The notes under the pieces: generated by a model
Seen by the model: only the letters and a program-made list of their open reading frames with translations
What the model was told of the DNA's origin: nothing
Database searches by the model: none
Program-made: the position numbers and the translations under genes
Part shown: in pieces, positions 12,240 through 27,270 of the stretch
Numbering within the stretch: position 1 is the first letter of the stretch
Layout: each line of letters starts with the position of its first letter
Origin: Epiperipatus broadwayi
Lineage: Eukaryota > Animalia > Onychophora
Direction: 5' to 3'
Assembly: GCA_028023455.1 (NCBI GenBank)
Contig: JAQFVV010000003.1
Coordinates: 12,028,001-12,092,000, forward strand
Length of the DNA: 64,000 bases

Positions 12240-14090
12240 TCAACGTTATACCCAATCTTCCTTGTTCCCTTCTTGAAAAAAAGAGATGCAGCACCAAAAC
12301 TTTCCAATCTGAGGCCCATCTCCATGTGTCCTCTCCTAATCAAAGTAATTGAGCAATTAATAAAAGACAGAATCCAAGGGAAAATCTATGAATCCATATC
12401 AGACTCACAATATGCTAAGAAGGGAGAAACAATTGTCAATGCTATCAGTCAAATAAAATTCATGGTGAATTATATAAGAACAAGAAGGAAATCATGTCCA
12501 ATCACAGTTCAAATTGATATTGCAGTGGTATTCGATAATATGAGGCCATCAATTATAATCAAAATTTTGAAACAATACAAGGTGCAGGGGGTCTATTTGA
12601 GGATGATCAGCAATCTTCTATCCAATAGAAACATCTATATTACCATGAATGGCAAGGTAGCCCCTGGATTCAAACCAACTCTATCCATCCCACAGGGATC
12701 TCCACTTAGTGCATTATTTTTTATGGTATACATAAATCCACTACTGTTGGGGATCAAAAGGGAGTTACCAGGAGTATATATACCTGCTATCGGAAGAGTG
12801 GTGAAGCATATTAGCTTCATAGACAATATTCTGATTTACCTGCCATCCCAGAAATTTATAAAAAAACTAGAGCTAATCTTAGACTAATACTCAGTGAAAC
12901 ACAAATTGAAAATTAATAGACAAAAATCCACAACATGGAAAATATCAAAATCAAATCAACCTTTGCAGCCAATCCACAAAAATTTTTAGGTTTCAATTTT
13001 CACAAACCACTATCAGTAATGAGAGAAATTGAGGAATCATTGTTGACATCAATCAAACAAACCACATCCTGTCTTTCAAAAGTTTACCTATCATTGAAGG
13101 ATAAAGTCAGACTGCTTAACACATTACTATTTCCAAAAATTATCTATTTCATGAATGGGTTTAACCCCTCCCAAAAATTCATTAAGAAAATAAATTCAGA
13201 ATGTGCGAGATTATTCTGGGGCGGTAAAACTGTAGCTATAAGTTTACGGAAGTTACAAAAGCCCAGAAAATTTAATGGTCTCACACTCCACTCTATTCTT
13301 ACAGTCATCTTTCAAAGAAATTATAACAATTTGTGCAAACTACAGGAAAGCCATATAAAACTGACGAAACAAGACACTATAACACCGATCGATAAGCCTC
13401 CACCAATACAACAGAACTGGACAAAGACTTTATGGGATAAGGTGGGGAAATTTATTAACATTGAAAATCATACTACTACTACAAAACTAAAATATTGGGA
13501 AGCATACAAACTTATGCATGGTGAAGGGTAAACAATCAAAAAATCATGTCGGGTTCCATACTTTGGCACCTAGCAAAATTCCTGGATTTTGTGATTAAAT
13601 TCAATTTAGATTCACTCCCCACAAAATTTTTCCTAGCCAATAAAAGAAACTACAAAAAAATTGAACCAATTTGTCAAATGTGTGGGAAGGAAGAAGAATC
13701 AATTAATCATATCATCATGAGATGTACCAGATTAAATATTCACAGACTATTAATTACAAATTGGACAAAGAACCTAAATGCAAATGTGTTATCCTTAAGA
13801 AGTTATATGGAACACGGTGTTTTTGCACAAATTAGACTTTCCATTTTCTTCAATTACACGCTTTGGTGTCTCAGGTGCAAGATAGTAATGGAGCAGGCAG
13901 AAGACCCTAAAAGTTACATATTCATGAAAACAATAAACAAAATCAAAAAAAGAGATCACTTAATTGCCCCAAAATACATTGTGTTGTCTACATGGTCATT
14001 GCTAGACCTACATTCTGCAAATCAATCTGAACATTTATAATGTAACCTATCAACAAATATAATTTATAGAATAAATTTCTTTTTAAAAAA
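12240..14090 (+). mobile_element. 5'-truncated L1/Tx1-like LINE (RT plus C-terminal zinc knuckle)
   Basis: ORFs 12273-14040 encode LRPISMCPLLIKVIE, IPQGSPLS, SFIDNIL and CQMCGKEEESINHIIMRC. AATAAA at about 14069. Protein motifs are collinear with 60825-62701. Confidence 0.88.
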
Positions 14091-16172
14091 AGATACACAG
14101 ATTAATCATCGAATTGAAAGCAAATTATCTTTAAAATAAATACAAAAAATAAAAAAAATATTGAATCTTAACAAAAATGTTATAACAAATTTGAAATTAA
14201 AGTAGAATATTCGAAATATTGCAAACAAGAGGACTATGATGAGCAATGGGTTACTTAAAGAATGAAATCTATGTATATAAATAAATATATGTTATTTTAA
14301 AGCAAATTTGTGTAAATTCTAACAATTTAACTTGCTTGCTTAACTTCCGTGTGCATTCATTAATAAAATATTAAAAGTGACAACTAAAAAAACAACTTTA
14401 TATACAAGTTGTTTTATATAAAGTTGGGCTATTTCAATTTTTCTTTGTAATTTTATAAATTTATGTGTTTTAATATTATTTAAAAATAGAATATGTAGAT
14501 TCATGAAATTATAAATAAAATTAATTTGGCACAATAATAATTGTTTTAATCTTTCCTTACATGTAGCTGAACATTTCATAGATGGCGATTGAACATTATC
14601 GTTATTCACACTTTGCATCTATGGAAAGTTTTTTCTTTTTAATCTTTAGCCTGAATCTCAAATTTTTAAAGATTTGTTAATGTGATTTGTTAATTCAATA
14701 TTTTTCTGTAGGTGCAATCAGTGAGTCATCCTGGTTTTCAGAAATGATTAATGTATTATAGTGATGAATATATCTGAATATAATTACAAATTCGTTTAAT
14801 TTTTACTTTCATTAAAAATCTTAAATAAATTTCATTTATATTAAAATAAATATTTGGATCATAATAATCTCTTGTATCAATATTCTAATAATAATTCCAA
14901 TTATTAATTAAAAGCTTGTTTAATTTTCTCTTACATTCATGTAAGCCAAATTGGAAAGAGCCAATTTAAAAACTAATTAATTAATTACTATTTTGTGTAA
15001 TTAGTGATATTTTTTCTGTTTGCTGTGTTCTAAAATGTTGATTACTTCTATGTATACCCAGTTTCATATTTCTATTCCGAGTTTAGTTGTTGAGATAAGG
15101 TTATTGTATATATGGGTATTCATTGTTGTTTACTATCTGCATATCTTCAGTTAAGTGTTACAGTGTTATAGTCTTCTATAAATCAGATCAACTTATTTCA
15201 TTATTACAGTTTGAAACTGTGCTAGTAAATCTATTAGTCAATTCCATTAAAACTGGTAATAATATTTATGAAAGGTAACATTAAGTGATCAACCCCACCA
15301 CATTTGAAGAACCAAATCAAATATTTCATTATGCAGATTTGCAGGGCCAATCAGAGGGGGGGGGAGCAGCTGCCCTGGATTTCACAATATTAGGGACCTC
15401 AACTTGGAGACACAATATGTTAAACAAAAATATAGGAGAAGGTAAAGTGATGTCACAGCTCATAGAATGTCTTAATTTTACAGTTAAATTCCCCAAAAAA
15501 TATATTCAAGAAAAACTTTTCCAAGCAATCATACCATGAGTCAAAAACGTAAGCCAGTTTAGGGATAAGATGCCAATTTGATGACTGCAGTGCTTGGTGA
15601 CCAGCAGAACTAAAAGTGTCAGCTCCTGTCAGTCAGTTTTGTGCTAATAGTGTTTTATGATACTAACATTACTAGAGTGAATCTACCCTATCCAAGTGCT
15701 ATCTGGATCTGATCTGCTTGCTCATTTCTGCGACTCATAACTAACTGCTTTCAGAGTCCTGTTTTCAGTCCTGTAAGTAAAAACTCTCATTTCTCCTCTC
15801 TCTCCACATTATTTTAAATTTTAAAGGTCCTCTAAAATATTAGTTGCCCCAGGCCTTGCAGATCTGATACCCAATATGAGACCTGATAATAATTAAATAT
15901 ATGCTAATGAGACATTAATCACAAGTGATTATTATACCTGAAAAATGAAGTATGAGAATGAAAAAATTGTTCAGTAAATAATAATAATCAAGTAACTTTA
16001 TTGCTCTGAATTCCATAAGCTTGAGCACTGGAAGTGATACAGCTGGGTTGCAGTCCATGAACTTAAGTAGACTCTGCCAATCTGTGACTGTACCAAACAA
16101 AACAAGTGGAGCAATATTTTATTCATAAAGGAAAAATATCAAAATAAATTCTAGCTAATAGTTTTTATTGAT

Positions 16173-18920
16173 GAAGACTTTTTATTTAGGTACTTACAAC
16201 TGCAGATCACTTTCAAATGAAGGAAGATTGAAAGAATTAGAAGAACTTGTCTAAAAGTGGACATGTACTCTATTATAAAAACACAAATATTGGAAATACA
16301 AGTGGAGTAGGATTCATTATAAATAAAAAGTGGAAGAACAACATTGTGAAGATTGATGGTATATCAGACAGAGTGGCAAGATTAGTTAATAACAGATACC
16401 AAATGCAGATAATTCAGATTTATGCCCCCAAAAAGTTCTCATAGTGATGACAGTGGTAGAAGATTTTTATATGGATGTACAAAAGGCTTTTAATCAAAAT
16501 AAACAACATTTTAAAATTGTTATGGGAGACTTTAATGCTAGAATTGGTAAACAAATAAAAGATGAAAGTGCTGTAGGTAAATTTGGTTATGGTAATAGAA
16601 ATGAGAGAGGACATAGACTTGTGGAGTTTGCAGAAAAAAAAAACTTTCCATTATGAATTCTTTTTTTGAGAAAAATGTTAAAAGGAAATGGACATGGAAG
16701 CATCCAAATAAAGGTACAGCAGAATTGGATTATATTTTGACTAACAGAAAATACATATTTAAAGATTGTAATGTTCTTAATAAATTTAACACAGGAAGTT
16801 ATCATCATTTAGTAAGGTGTAAGATACGTGTTAATGCAAAACTAGAGACACAAAAATTATTAAGAAAAACAATATTTAAAGTTGATCTTCAGAAACATTC
16901 TAATGAATTTAAATTAGAATTTACAAATTGGTTTCAAATATTAGTTGATTTTGAACATGATTCAGATTTGAATGAAATTAATATGAAAATAACTGATACA
17001 CTATTAAAAACTGCAACAAAGATAGCTGGTAGAAAAAAGTGACAATTGACCAATAAAATTTCTATTGAGACTAGAGAATTTATGAAGAAAAGAAGGAATA
17101 TGAAAATATACAAAAATGATGCATTAAAAAGGATTGAATATCTCGAATTTTGTAAAATGGTGTGGAAAAGAGTTGAAAATGATATAAGAAACTATAACTG
17201 TGAACTAGCAAGGAAAGCTGTAGAAGAAAATAAAAGTCTCAAGAAAGTAAAACAACATTTTGGTATTGGTAGGAAATTTATATCTGCCATAAGAAAAAAA
17301 GATGGAATTATTACTAAAAAGAGAGATGACATCATGAAATGGATAGAAGACTTTTATCAACAATTATATAATAATAAAGAACAAATATCTCCTATATCTA
17401 TTACAACATTTGAATTGCCAAGAATTTTAAATGAAGAAGTGAGATATGCTATTAAATGTAAGAAGAAAGGAAAGGCTCCAGGTAATGATGGAATTATAAT
17501 TGATATATTAAAAGAAGCAGGTGAAGAAATAGAAAAAAAATTAGCAAAGTTATATACCAAATGTCTAAATGATAAAGATGTACCAGATGATTGGAAGAAT
17601 GCAGTAATAATATTAATATTTAAAAAAGATGATAAAGAAGATTTTAGAAATTACAGACCTATCAGCCTTTTATTAGTTTTATACAAAGTTTTTACCAAGA
17701 TAATTACAACTTGTTTACAGAGAACATTGGATTTCCACCAACCAAGAGAACAAGCTGGATTTAAAAGTGGTGTTAGTACAGGAGATCATATCCAGGTACT
17801 GAGAGAAGTTATAAAAAGGACAAATGAATATGAATTACCATTATGTTTTGGATTTGTAGATGATGAAAAGGCATTTGATTCTATAAACATTTCTTCAGTG
17901 ATTAAAGCATTGGATCATCAAGGTATAGATCCAGGATATTGTCATATTTTAAAGAATATTATAAAAATACAACAGCAACAATTAGATTACATAATGATAC
18001 TGGGAAAGTTAACATTGAGAAGGGTGTAAGGCAAGATGACTCCATATCTCCAAAACTTTTTACAGCAGTGCTGCAATAAGTTTCTGTGGATTAAAATGGA
18101 AAACTAAAGGAGTGAAAGTAAATGGAGGTTATTTAAGTCATTTAGATTTTGCAGATGATGTAGTTGTTTTTGCAAATAATGCTGCAGAGCTTCAGGAAAT
18201 GTTGCAGGAGTTATCAGATGAAATTAGAAAAATAAGTCTAAAGATAAATGTTAAAAAAACTAAAGTAATATTTAATCGATTTGCTCAAAATGTGAAAATA
18301 AAGATTGATTATGATGAATTAGAAGAAGTTAACAGTTACAAATACCTTAGTCAGATTATTAATACAGATGGAAACATAATGGAAGAAATTAATCATAGAA
18401 TTAAACTTGGTTGGAGTACTTTTGGTAGAAATAACTTGATACTAAAAGGAAATATGCCTATGTGTTTGAAAAGAAACGTTTTTAACAAATGTGTTTTACC
18501 AGTTCTTACTTATGGATCTCAGACTTGGACACTTAATAGAAGAGCAATACTGAGACTTCAGACCACTCAGAGAAGTATGGAGAGATGCATGTTGGGAGTA
18601 ACAAGAAGAGATCAAAAATGCAATGTATGGGTAAGAGAACAAACAGGTGTTACTGACCTCATTGAAAAAATTAAAAGATTGAAGTGGAGTTGGGCTGGAC
18701 ATATTGCTAGAAGAGATGACAGTAGATGGACAATTGAAATCTTAAACTGGATTCCAAGAGATTGTAAAAGACCCCGAAAGAGACCACACGTGAGATGGAT
18801 GGATAAAATAAAAAAGTGTGCAGGGATGATGTGGAGAAGAGAAGCTAAAAATCGAAGATGGATTGAACTTGGAGAGACCTTCGTCCTGCAGTGGATTGAT
18901 AATGGTTGATGATGATGATG
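16173..18920 (+). mobile_element. RTE-clade LINE copy 2, 5'-truncated, frameshifted, with (GAT)n tail and 13-bp TSD
   Basis: APE and RT fragments (YRPISLL, DFADDVVV, KWSWAGHIARR). Tail GATGATGATGATG at about 18908-18920. AGTTTTTATTGAT is duplicated at 16160-16172 and 18921-18933. Confidence 0.95.
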
Positions 18921-21419
18921 AGTTTTTATTGATAGTATGCAAAAAAAGATTAATGTTGGGAGGGTGAGGGAGTGATAATAGGCATTGAGATAAAGATAGG
19001 AAGCAATTGATCCAGCAGTAATGATACAACAATATTGATATAATTTAGAATATATTTAGTTTGGCTTCAATAGAAGTTAATACAAATAAAAATACAGAAT
19101 TTTAGTGAAACAGCTTGACTAAATAAGGTGAGATCTAAACAAATAAATAGAAATTTAAAGGAAACAAAAAATTTGAAAAACAATATAGACACTGCAAAAG
19201 AACCAGAAAGTCCTTTAAAAATGGAATAATATTCACTGGATGTATTGATTAATGAATTTATAATTGATGAATTTAATCTTGAGGCAGAAAATATAGAAAA
19301 ATATAAAAGGACATAGATTACCATGAGTCAAAAGTTGATATAGAGGGCTCTAAAATCTTTGTAGTGAATGTCAAATATAGTACAGAAAAAAAGAGTTATT
19401 TATAAATAACTGTAAAATTTTTAAAGAATTATTAAGTTTCATTAGTGCAACCTTATTGGTTGCTGATCTAAATCTTGAACAATTGCTTTATATATCAAAT
19501 CTGGCATAAAATTCATGTTAGCAGTAATAAATAATTTAATTCATACAAAGAATAAAAGAATGGTTAATCTAACAATTCAAGTAATCAATACTTTGGTGTA
19601 AAATAATTATATATAGAATATAAAGTTGAAATAAAAGGAAGATAGCTAACATATTTTATCTATTCTCTAATATCTGAAGAAAGAAAACATTTGATATTGA
19701 TAATTCAAAATGGATCTGTAGTGTTTTATAAAAATATTTACATTGACATACAAGTATAAGTTTTGTACTCCAAAAAAGTAAAGAATATATAGAGAAAAAT
19801 ATTTATTCTTTGTCAGATCGCTAACTGTTAAGTGCTAAATTTAATTAATGACTAAATTTACATATTTGTAATAAGAACATTGCATTCGATACATGCCAAG
19901 AAATATTTGCTAATTACACATATTTCTTGATACAATACGAATTAATTGTATGCGTAATTAAAAACATAAAGAGAAATTCAAGATAGATAACATCAAGGAT
20001 GAATCTTGGATTGCCAGAGACCAACTGAAGACTATAAATAGTTTCAGCAACAAAGTGCATTGTTCAACTTCCAGTGAGTTACCAAGTGGACGATTGCAGA
20101 GAGATGGAAGTGAGTGTAGCTGAAATAAGCTTAAATGATGGGACAATGCTCTAGTGCAAAGTCAATGTGTTTGCATGTAGCAGCTGAACTGGGCTCAAGA
20201 GTTTTGGAAAAGCCAAGGCTGGAGGAAACCATCTAGTAAGCAGCCAATCCTTAAGTGCATTGGGGGAAGTGAACCAAAGTGGACTATAAATATATGTGTT
20301 GTGCACATAGCAATAACTTTTTGCTATTATTATTATTTGTTTTGTTTGTTGGTATTTGGAATGTTTGCATTTCAAATACACAACATAATTTTATTTCTAA
20401 AAAATGAAACATTAAAAAAAGTGGAAAAAATATTATGAATGAAATCATTAGTTGAGAATGTCATGAATGAAAGTGTGTGTATAATGTTAATACTCAGTCT
20501 GTTATGAGACTACTTAAAGGTCATATGATCTCCCAAAAAATGTACTATATAATTTTGCCTTTTGCTATTCAGCAATGGTAGACTCAGATCTAAAGATTAC
20601 AATAGTAATTTCCAGCAATGTAATTTTTTTTTAAAAAAAAGTGTTTTGTTTAACAGGTACTTGAATGGCATAAGATTTTCAAGAAAATTGCCATGTGGTT
20701 GTTATATTTCTTGCACTTATATTTTGATAATTCTCCTGCCATATAATGCATGGAGTTTTAATCTATATATATATGCGATGTTTTATTACAATGGAATCCT
20801 TTTTTTATTCCTGTATTAATATTTATGTCTATAATTAGGTAGTATCTCAAATGGAATAAATTTTTATTGTAAATATTTGAATTTTTCAAAAATATATATT
20901 TTTTCTCAAATACATATATAAAATAGTTTTAAAAAAAAGTCAGTCTTTTTTAAAGAAAATCTTATAAATCAGTATAAAATGAATTATTACACACATATAT
21001 ACATGTAACACTACTATTTTCTTATTATAAGTGTATTAATCATAATCATTAATTAATGTTTATTTTACATTAAACTTTAAGTTAGAGAGGAAGGTTTATT
21101 ACCTTCTAATTGGCATTACGGTTTTACACTGTGCTAGTAAATTCATTGATTATTAAACTATATTGTATAATAATACAACTATTAAAAAACAACCATATAG
21201 TTAATTTTTAAATGTAAAAAAATCACTAGTAATATACGGTATGTGGTGGAATGTCAAAATAACGTGTTTACAAGAATTAATTACATATTTTCTTACTAAA
21301 CAATGTTATTAAATTAATAAATGCAATAATTATTATGAAAAAAAAAATAATGTAAACATTTAAATAAATTTTTCTTTAAAGTAATGATTTATTTTATTTT
21401 AACCAAGAATCCAAATAAT

Positions 21420-21619
21420 TGCGAAGGACTTTTTGTACCCCCACTACCCAAATAATACTAGTTACAAATATTTACGAGACATCACAAAAGTGAATTCGTA
21501 CGATTTGTCTCACGTGATGTGACATGTGAATGCAGGAATCCAAGATGTCGGCCAGGAGAGGCTATCTTTTTATGAGATTTAAAAATATTTTTTAAAGGAC
21601 TGATTTAATAAGGTCCACA
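21420..21619 (+). promoter_or_regulatory. Probable egl promoter/5' UTR
   Basis: Locally CpG-richer sequence directly upstream of the ATG, with a TCACGTGA E-box-like site at about 21510 and an AAGATGTCGGC YY1-like motif at about 21542. Motif-level inference only. Confidence 0.3.
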
Positions 21620-22894
21620 ATGGAAAATACAGATTTTGAACTTCTTAAAAATACGACTATATTATTTTTTTTAGACCATTTAATGGAAAAAGGGCAACCA
21701 CGATCTTTACACGATTTATCATGTCAGTTTGGAGCTAAAGGTTTTAATCGGGATATGAAACAGATTGTTGGTGGAAGTCAGTCTGGCCTTAAACGCTTCT
21801 TTTCACAATTTCCCTCCATTTTTACCGTTGAAGGAGATAATGTAAGCATAACCACTTTTAATAATAACACATTAAATTTTTGTGATAATAAATTATCGTA
21901 TCAAAAGATACCGACACAAAAAGATTACATTCAGGAAGCAATCGAATTTTTCAAAATGAAACTTTTGCAATATGGAAATACACCAGTTCCAATTCGTAGT
22001 TTATTGGGACACCGTTCGCAAGCTTCAACAGAGGTTAGACATATTTCTGGTCGGCACGTAAAGGAATTCGCCGAATTTTTAAAAAATTTTCCAGATACAT
22101 TTATTGTCCATGATGATTTGGTCAGCTTACATGAAAGTATAATAATTGACGACAATGCTTCCACGGATTCCAATAACTCCCAACCGAAAAACCGTACTGA
22201 AGGAGATTTAACCAAGGATTTAATTATATTTTTTAAATCGGTGTTAGAAAGGAGAGGATCCCTTTTTGTGGAACAATTATTTGGGCACATGAGTAGCAAA
22301 TTTACGGCCGATGAACGTGCGATAATTGCAAAAAACCCGAGAGAATTATCGTTGTTCTTACAGAATTATCCACAGGCATTTAAATTACAATCTGATCTTG
22401 TAAGTTTAGCTCCGGATTCTTCTAAAACTTTTCCATCTATATCTAACAATCCTACAACCTCATCCACCTCCATCAACAGTGTTAATCCAGTCGTAACTGC
22501 AGCACCTGGAAAGTTCCCAAGCCTGAAAGAGCGGGTGGCCAGCACTTTGTTGAAGGTAGTTGCAGACAATAAAGCTAAGGATTGTCGGGATAACGAATCA
22601 TTCCAAAGTCTGGATTCTGAAATTAATGAAAGTGATAGCCAAATTTTAAAGAATATTCATGTTGTAACCAAAGTAAAAATGGGTAAATTAATTACCCGCG
22701 AAATTTTCAATTCTCCCAGAGCTGTAATAGCTGTGGATTGTGAAGGATGTAATTTAGGAGTTGATGGCCCCCTCTCATTACTTATCCTTTCCACTTGGGA
22801 GGGACAGGTTTATGTATTCGATTTGCAAGTAAATAAAGACATGATGAATGATGCCGGATTAAAACAAGTGCTGGAATCTACATCAATTGTAAAA
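21620..22894 (+). CDS. egl: Egalitarian, first coding exon: N-terminal LOTUS-like repeats and start of the 3'-5' exonuclease-like domain (partial CDS)
   Basis: The translation matches Drosophila Egl motifs as I recall them: FFL..L..KG.PR..HDLSCQFG, GGSQSGLK.F, DYIQEA..FFK.K.LQYG, RSLLGHRSQAS..VRHISG, LK.R...L......N and DCEG.NLG..G. A phase-0 donor AAA|GTAAGT at 22895 falls exactly where Egl continues V(I)HDCRND. Confidence 0.93.
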
Positions 22895-23599
22895 GTAAGT
22901 GATCTTTATCTCTTTGCCTTTCTATTGTTAGTTAAACGTTATGCATGCATACAAGAAAAGCTTTCTTGAGTATCATTGTCATCATTAGTTGTCTAACAAA
23001 AAGCAAATTTTCCTTTTATGTTTACCCGTTTCTATATTTTCTTATCATTTTGCTTTTGTAGTCTAGTTAAATCATTTGTCCTCTTCTCATAGATATTTCT
23101 CAAAATAAAAATGTTTTTATATACTTAGTCAAAACTTCTACATTGTTAATCTTTTTCCATATTTTTCTAAAACCATAAATTAAAATCTTTTTTTCCTTCT
23201 CACTTCTCCGATGTTTATGCTTCTAAACTCCAAACAAAGATCTAATATCAATATTTCACCGAATTATCTTGTGCCCTTATTTAAAGTTAGTTTAAATATT
23301 GCAGTTAGTTACTATTTTATCTCATTACTTAAGCAATTTCTATATTTAAAAATACTATCACGCCCTAAACTTTAATCCATTGCTTATTTTATTGCTTGAA
23401 TTTTATTTATGTTTGCTTTCAACCAGCGCCGTCAATTTTACTAATATTTTACGAAACTAGTTCTCGGTACGTGTAGTTCACTAATAAATACCAATAAGTC
23501 TACTATAATGAAATCCCTTTGATTATTCTTGTTACAGCAAGTTATTTAATAATGTTTGCATATATATTAAATAAAATTAGATATAGAAAGTCATGTAAG

Positions 23600-24380
23600 T
23601 TATAAAAATATCTGGATTCATGTACAAATATGTTTTTCAGTCCATATCTTTAACTGTATATCCAATAGAATATCTTAATTCACTCATTATCATGCGGTTT
23701 AGTGCAGTGATCTATGGATCACAGTTTGGTTCTATCACTTCCAGTATTCAAGTATCACATGCCATTTATGCAGTATTAATTAAACAAATATTAACATTTT
23801 ATTCTCTTGCTACATATTTCAACTTAGTTCTCTCCATCTTTTTGAATTCAAATTGCTGTTCAGTTAAGTTCGTATTTATTAAAAAAACAATTGTTTAAGA
23901 CCATCATCAACACTTTAGCCATATGCAACATTATATTGTTTTAAAACCTTCACATTTTATCGAATAAATTATTTCTCTGCCAGAATCAATTGTAAATTAC
24001 CAGCCAGTTTTTCTGGGTCATAAATTGCATTACAAACATCAATTATTTATTTTAAATCTTTTCCCTTGTAGCTTTTAATTATTTATCTGGTATTTATTCC
24101 TTGTTCTTTTTTAAACTTCCATTTCAGTTATAGCTTTTATAATTTCTTCATTATTATATTTCTTATCTACTATATCTGTCTTTTCATTGCATCAGCTTTT
24201 ATTTTATTAATTTATCATTTTTATCTTCAGATTTTTATTGTTGTTACAATTATATTAGTCTTTAAAGCAATTTTATTTTAATTTATATTCCTTTTTATAA
24301 TTTTTGATGTTTCTTTAATCTTTTATATCATATTTAAATTTTTTTGTTCATTGACACATTTAAATGTCTATATAATCAGT
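23600..24380 (-). mobile_element. Decayed RTE-like LINE RT fragment
   Basis: The minus strand gives EEIIKAI, KCEGFKTI..HMAKVL and EQQFEFKK (cf. EEQFGFR), with many stops. Confidence 0.45.
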
Positions 24381-25119
24381 TATTATTTATTTAATCATAG
24401 TTTATTTGATGGTGAGGTATTGTATATTTGAGCAACAAATGTGCAAAATATGCATCTTAATGATTTGGAACTCTTCAAAATTTATAATATTCTAAAATTT
24501 AAATTTTGAAATAAATTGTGTTAAGAGTTTTGCAAAGTCTATGTCAGTATTTGGTCATAGTAATCCATTATGTAGTTAACTTAACCTGCTCTCAAACAAA
24601 GGATTTAAACATACAGACATATATATATCCTTCCATCATTTGTATAACAATTGGATAGATTAAAATTTTTATTTCTAATTTTTACTCAGGAATCAATTCA
24701 CTAACCTTTTGTTCTTTAGAAAGTATTTTTATCCACTGTGTAGGAAACACTTGAATGGTAGAAATTTTTTTTCTCTATAACACAATTTATTCTAGCATCT
24801 TATAAATTATTATGTACTCTAAATGTTAAGATTTTAAAATAAGTTGGAATAGGGAATGGCAAATAGCAAACTACCACCAATATTGAATGTGTTTTTGCTT
24901 GGACATAGTATCTCATTACCTAATTATCTAAATCAGCCTTTGGTGAGAAAATACCCATCCAGCTCATATTCAGATTTGAATATTATAGCAATGAGTTGCT
25001 CTATTATATCGTCCATGTATTGAACGGAATGAATGATTCCATTGAAAAATTCACTAAAACTTTCAAAAGCTTTAATTAAAATTCAATTTTAAAAATTCAC
25101 TTTCAATTTTTTTTTACCA

Positions 25120-25525
25120 ACAATTGAATTGTTTTTATATATGGAAAGAATGAACTTGACTAACACATTCCCGTAAACTATAAGAAGTTCAAACAGTGCT
25201 AAGACCTAATTTACAGTTAAAACTTTTAAGAATGTTAAAAGGATTTGGAAGATAAAAATATATTAATAATGTATTATCTATATTTAAACTAATCACAGTT
25301 TGATTATAATGAGCAATTCAAATTCATTATTTTTTTGTATGAAATTACTATTGACTTTCAATGGTTTTTATTAACAGTTGAATTGTTTTTCTATATGGAA
25401 AGAATGATCTTGACTAATGCATTCCCGGAGTAGATTATAAGAAGTTCAAACAATGCTAAGATCTAATTTACAGTTAAAACTTTTAGAATGTTAAAAGGAT
25501 TTGGAAAATAAAAATATATTGATAA
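25120..25525 (+). repeat. Direct duplication of about 150 bp, period about 255 bp
   Basis: ca(a/g)ttgaattgttttt...ggatttggaa(g/a)ataaaaatatatt(a/g)ataat occurs at about 25121-25270 and 25375-25525. Confidence 0.9.
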
Positions 25526-25899
25526 TATATTCTCTGATTTACAGATAAGAGAGTCAGATTTTTCTAGATGTGTGTAATATAAGTATATTAGTCGCTATTA
25601 CGTAAAAATTGTTGTGGCAAGTGAAATAAAAATATTAAAAAAAAAAGTATGCTTCCGTTCCTAAAATAAGTCACGCTTCATCACTGATATATATATATTT
25701 AATGTTAATTTTATTTATTGTCTTATTTATTTTTGAAGTCTATAGAAGTATATGACAATATCTTGGCATTGAAAGAAGTTATTTCAACAGTATGAAAAGA
25801 AAGTATGTACTAAAAAAAAAAAGTGATGTCATTATGAAATATGTAAATTCTATAAATAATTAGGTAGTAATAAAAAACAACAAAGTAAATAAACCTATA

Positions 25900-27270
25900 G
25901 TTACTACATCTTTTGAATTATCCAGCATTTTAAATGAAGAAGTGAGACATGCAATTATGAAGTAGGAAAAATCTCGAAGTAATGTTGGAATTGTTGATAA
26001 AAAAAAGCAGATGAACAAATAGAAGTTATCAAAATCATATACCAATGTTCTCAATCATAAAGATTTTCCAAATGATTGGAAAAATATACTAGTAATATTG
26101 ATATTTTGGTAATATTAATATTTAAGAAAGATGATAAAAGAAGATATTAGAAATTACAGAGTTATCAATCTTTTATCATTTATAGTGAGTTTTAAATTCT
26201 AACCTAAAAAAACATAGTGAATCATAATCAAATATTGAAAGAAGTTATAGAAGAAACATTGAATGTGGGTTTGCGATTATAATTTCTCTTTGTAGATTAT
26301 GAAATTATATTTGATTCTACAAGCATTTACATAGTGATTAAGCTTTGGATCATCAAGATATAGACTAGGATATTATCATAAACTGAAAAATATTTATTAA
26401 AATGCAACAGCAGTGATTAGATTATGTGGTGACATTAAGATTATTATTGTAGAGTATATGATAGTTGTAGAGTGTACGATAGTTTGGTTCCATATCTCTA
26501 AAACAGTTATACAAGAAGTATTTTGTGGAATAAAATGGGAAGCTAAAGAAATAAAAGTAAATGGGTATTTCATAAGTCAGTTAAATTTTATAGATGATAT
26601 AGTTATTTAGAAAATGTTACAAGAGTTATAAGATGAAAATAAATAAGTAGATCTAAATGCTAAAAAGTCTAAAGTAATGTTTACTGGATTTTTTTAGACG
26701 AAGAAAATAATAATTGCTAATTGTGAATTAAAAGAAGTTAAAAGTACAAATACTTTAATCAGATTATTAATATAGATCGAAACATAATGGATGAAATTAA
26801 TCATAAAATTAAACTTGGAGGAAATGCTTTTGGTAGAAGTAACTTAATATTAAAATGAAATATGCCTGTGTTTTAAAAGGATCTGAAACTTAGGTATTTA
26901 ATAAGAGCAATGTAGACTTTAGATCATTCAACAAGGTATGGAAAGATATGTGCTGAGATTAATAAGAAGAGATCAAAAAGAAAATATTTGGATGAATGTG
27001 AAACAGATATTCTTGTTATCAATGAAAGAATTAAGAGGTTAAAATGGAGCTGGACATATTGCTAGAAGAGATAATAATAGATGGACACTTGAACTTTTAA
27101 GTTGAATCCCAAGATATTGTAAAATACTTAGAATGAGACTACATGTGAGATGGATGGATGAAATAAAGCCATTTTCTGGTATGATATTGAGAAAATATGG
27201 ATTAGAGAAACTGGATTAAACTTGGATTTTCATCTGAATTGATAATAGTTGAAAATGATGATAATGATAT
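25900..27270 (+). mobile_element. RTE-clade LINE copy 3, old and internally deleted
   Basis: Patchy collinear similarity to 17420-18920 (ttttaaatgaagaagtgaga, attagaaattacaga, ggacatattgctagaagaga) and a decayed GAT tail. Confidence 0.8.

Noticed and set aside
15342-15885. CAGGGCC...GACCTG MITE-like element
   Set aside because: The termini match poorly and there is no TSD, so the boundaries are unsupported.
20023-20047. CTGAAGA motif as a hammerhead core
   Set aside because: It is one side of a simple 11-bp hairpin (CTGAAGACTAT/ATAGTTTCAG), with no GAAA junction.
19980-20330. GC-richer patch, possibly a LINE 3' fragment or an exon
   Set aside because: Only vague similarity (QLNWAQEFWK versus RLxWAGH), with stops in all frames. 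It cannot be assigned.
22895-22969. C-terminal 24 codons of ORF-track ORF 21620-22969
   Set aside because: This is read-through into the intron beyond the GTAAGT donor, and it is not Egl-like.
24930-25070. Minus-strand VQYMDDII resembling an RT active-site motif
   Set aside because: An isolated short match with no recognisable downstream RT motifs.
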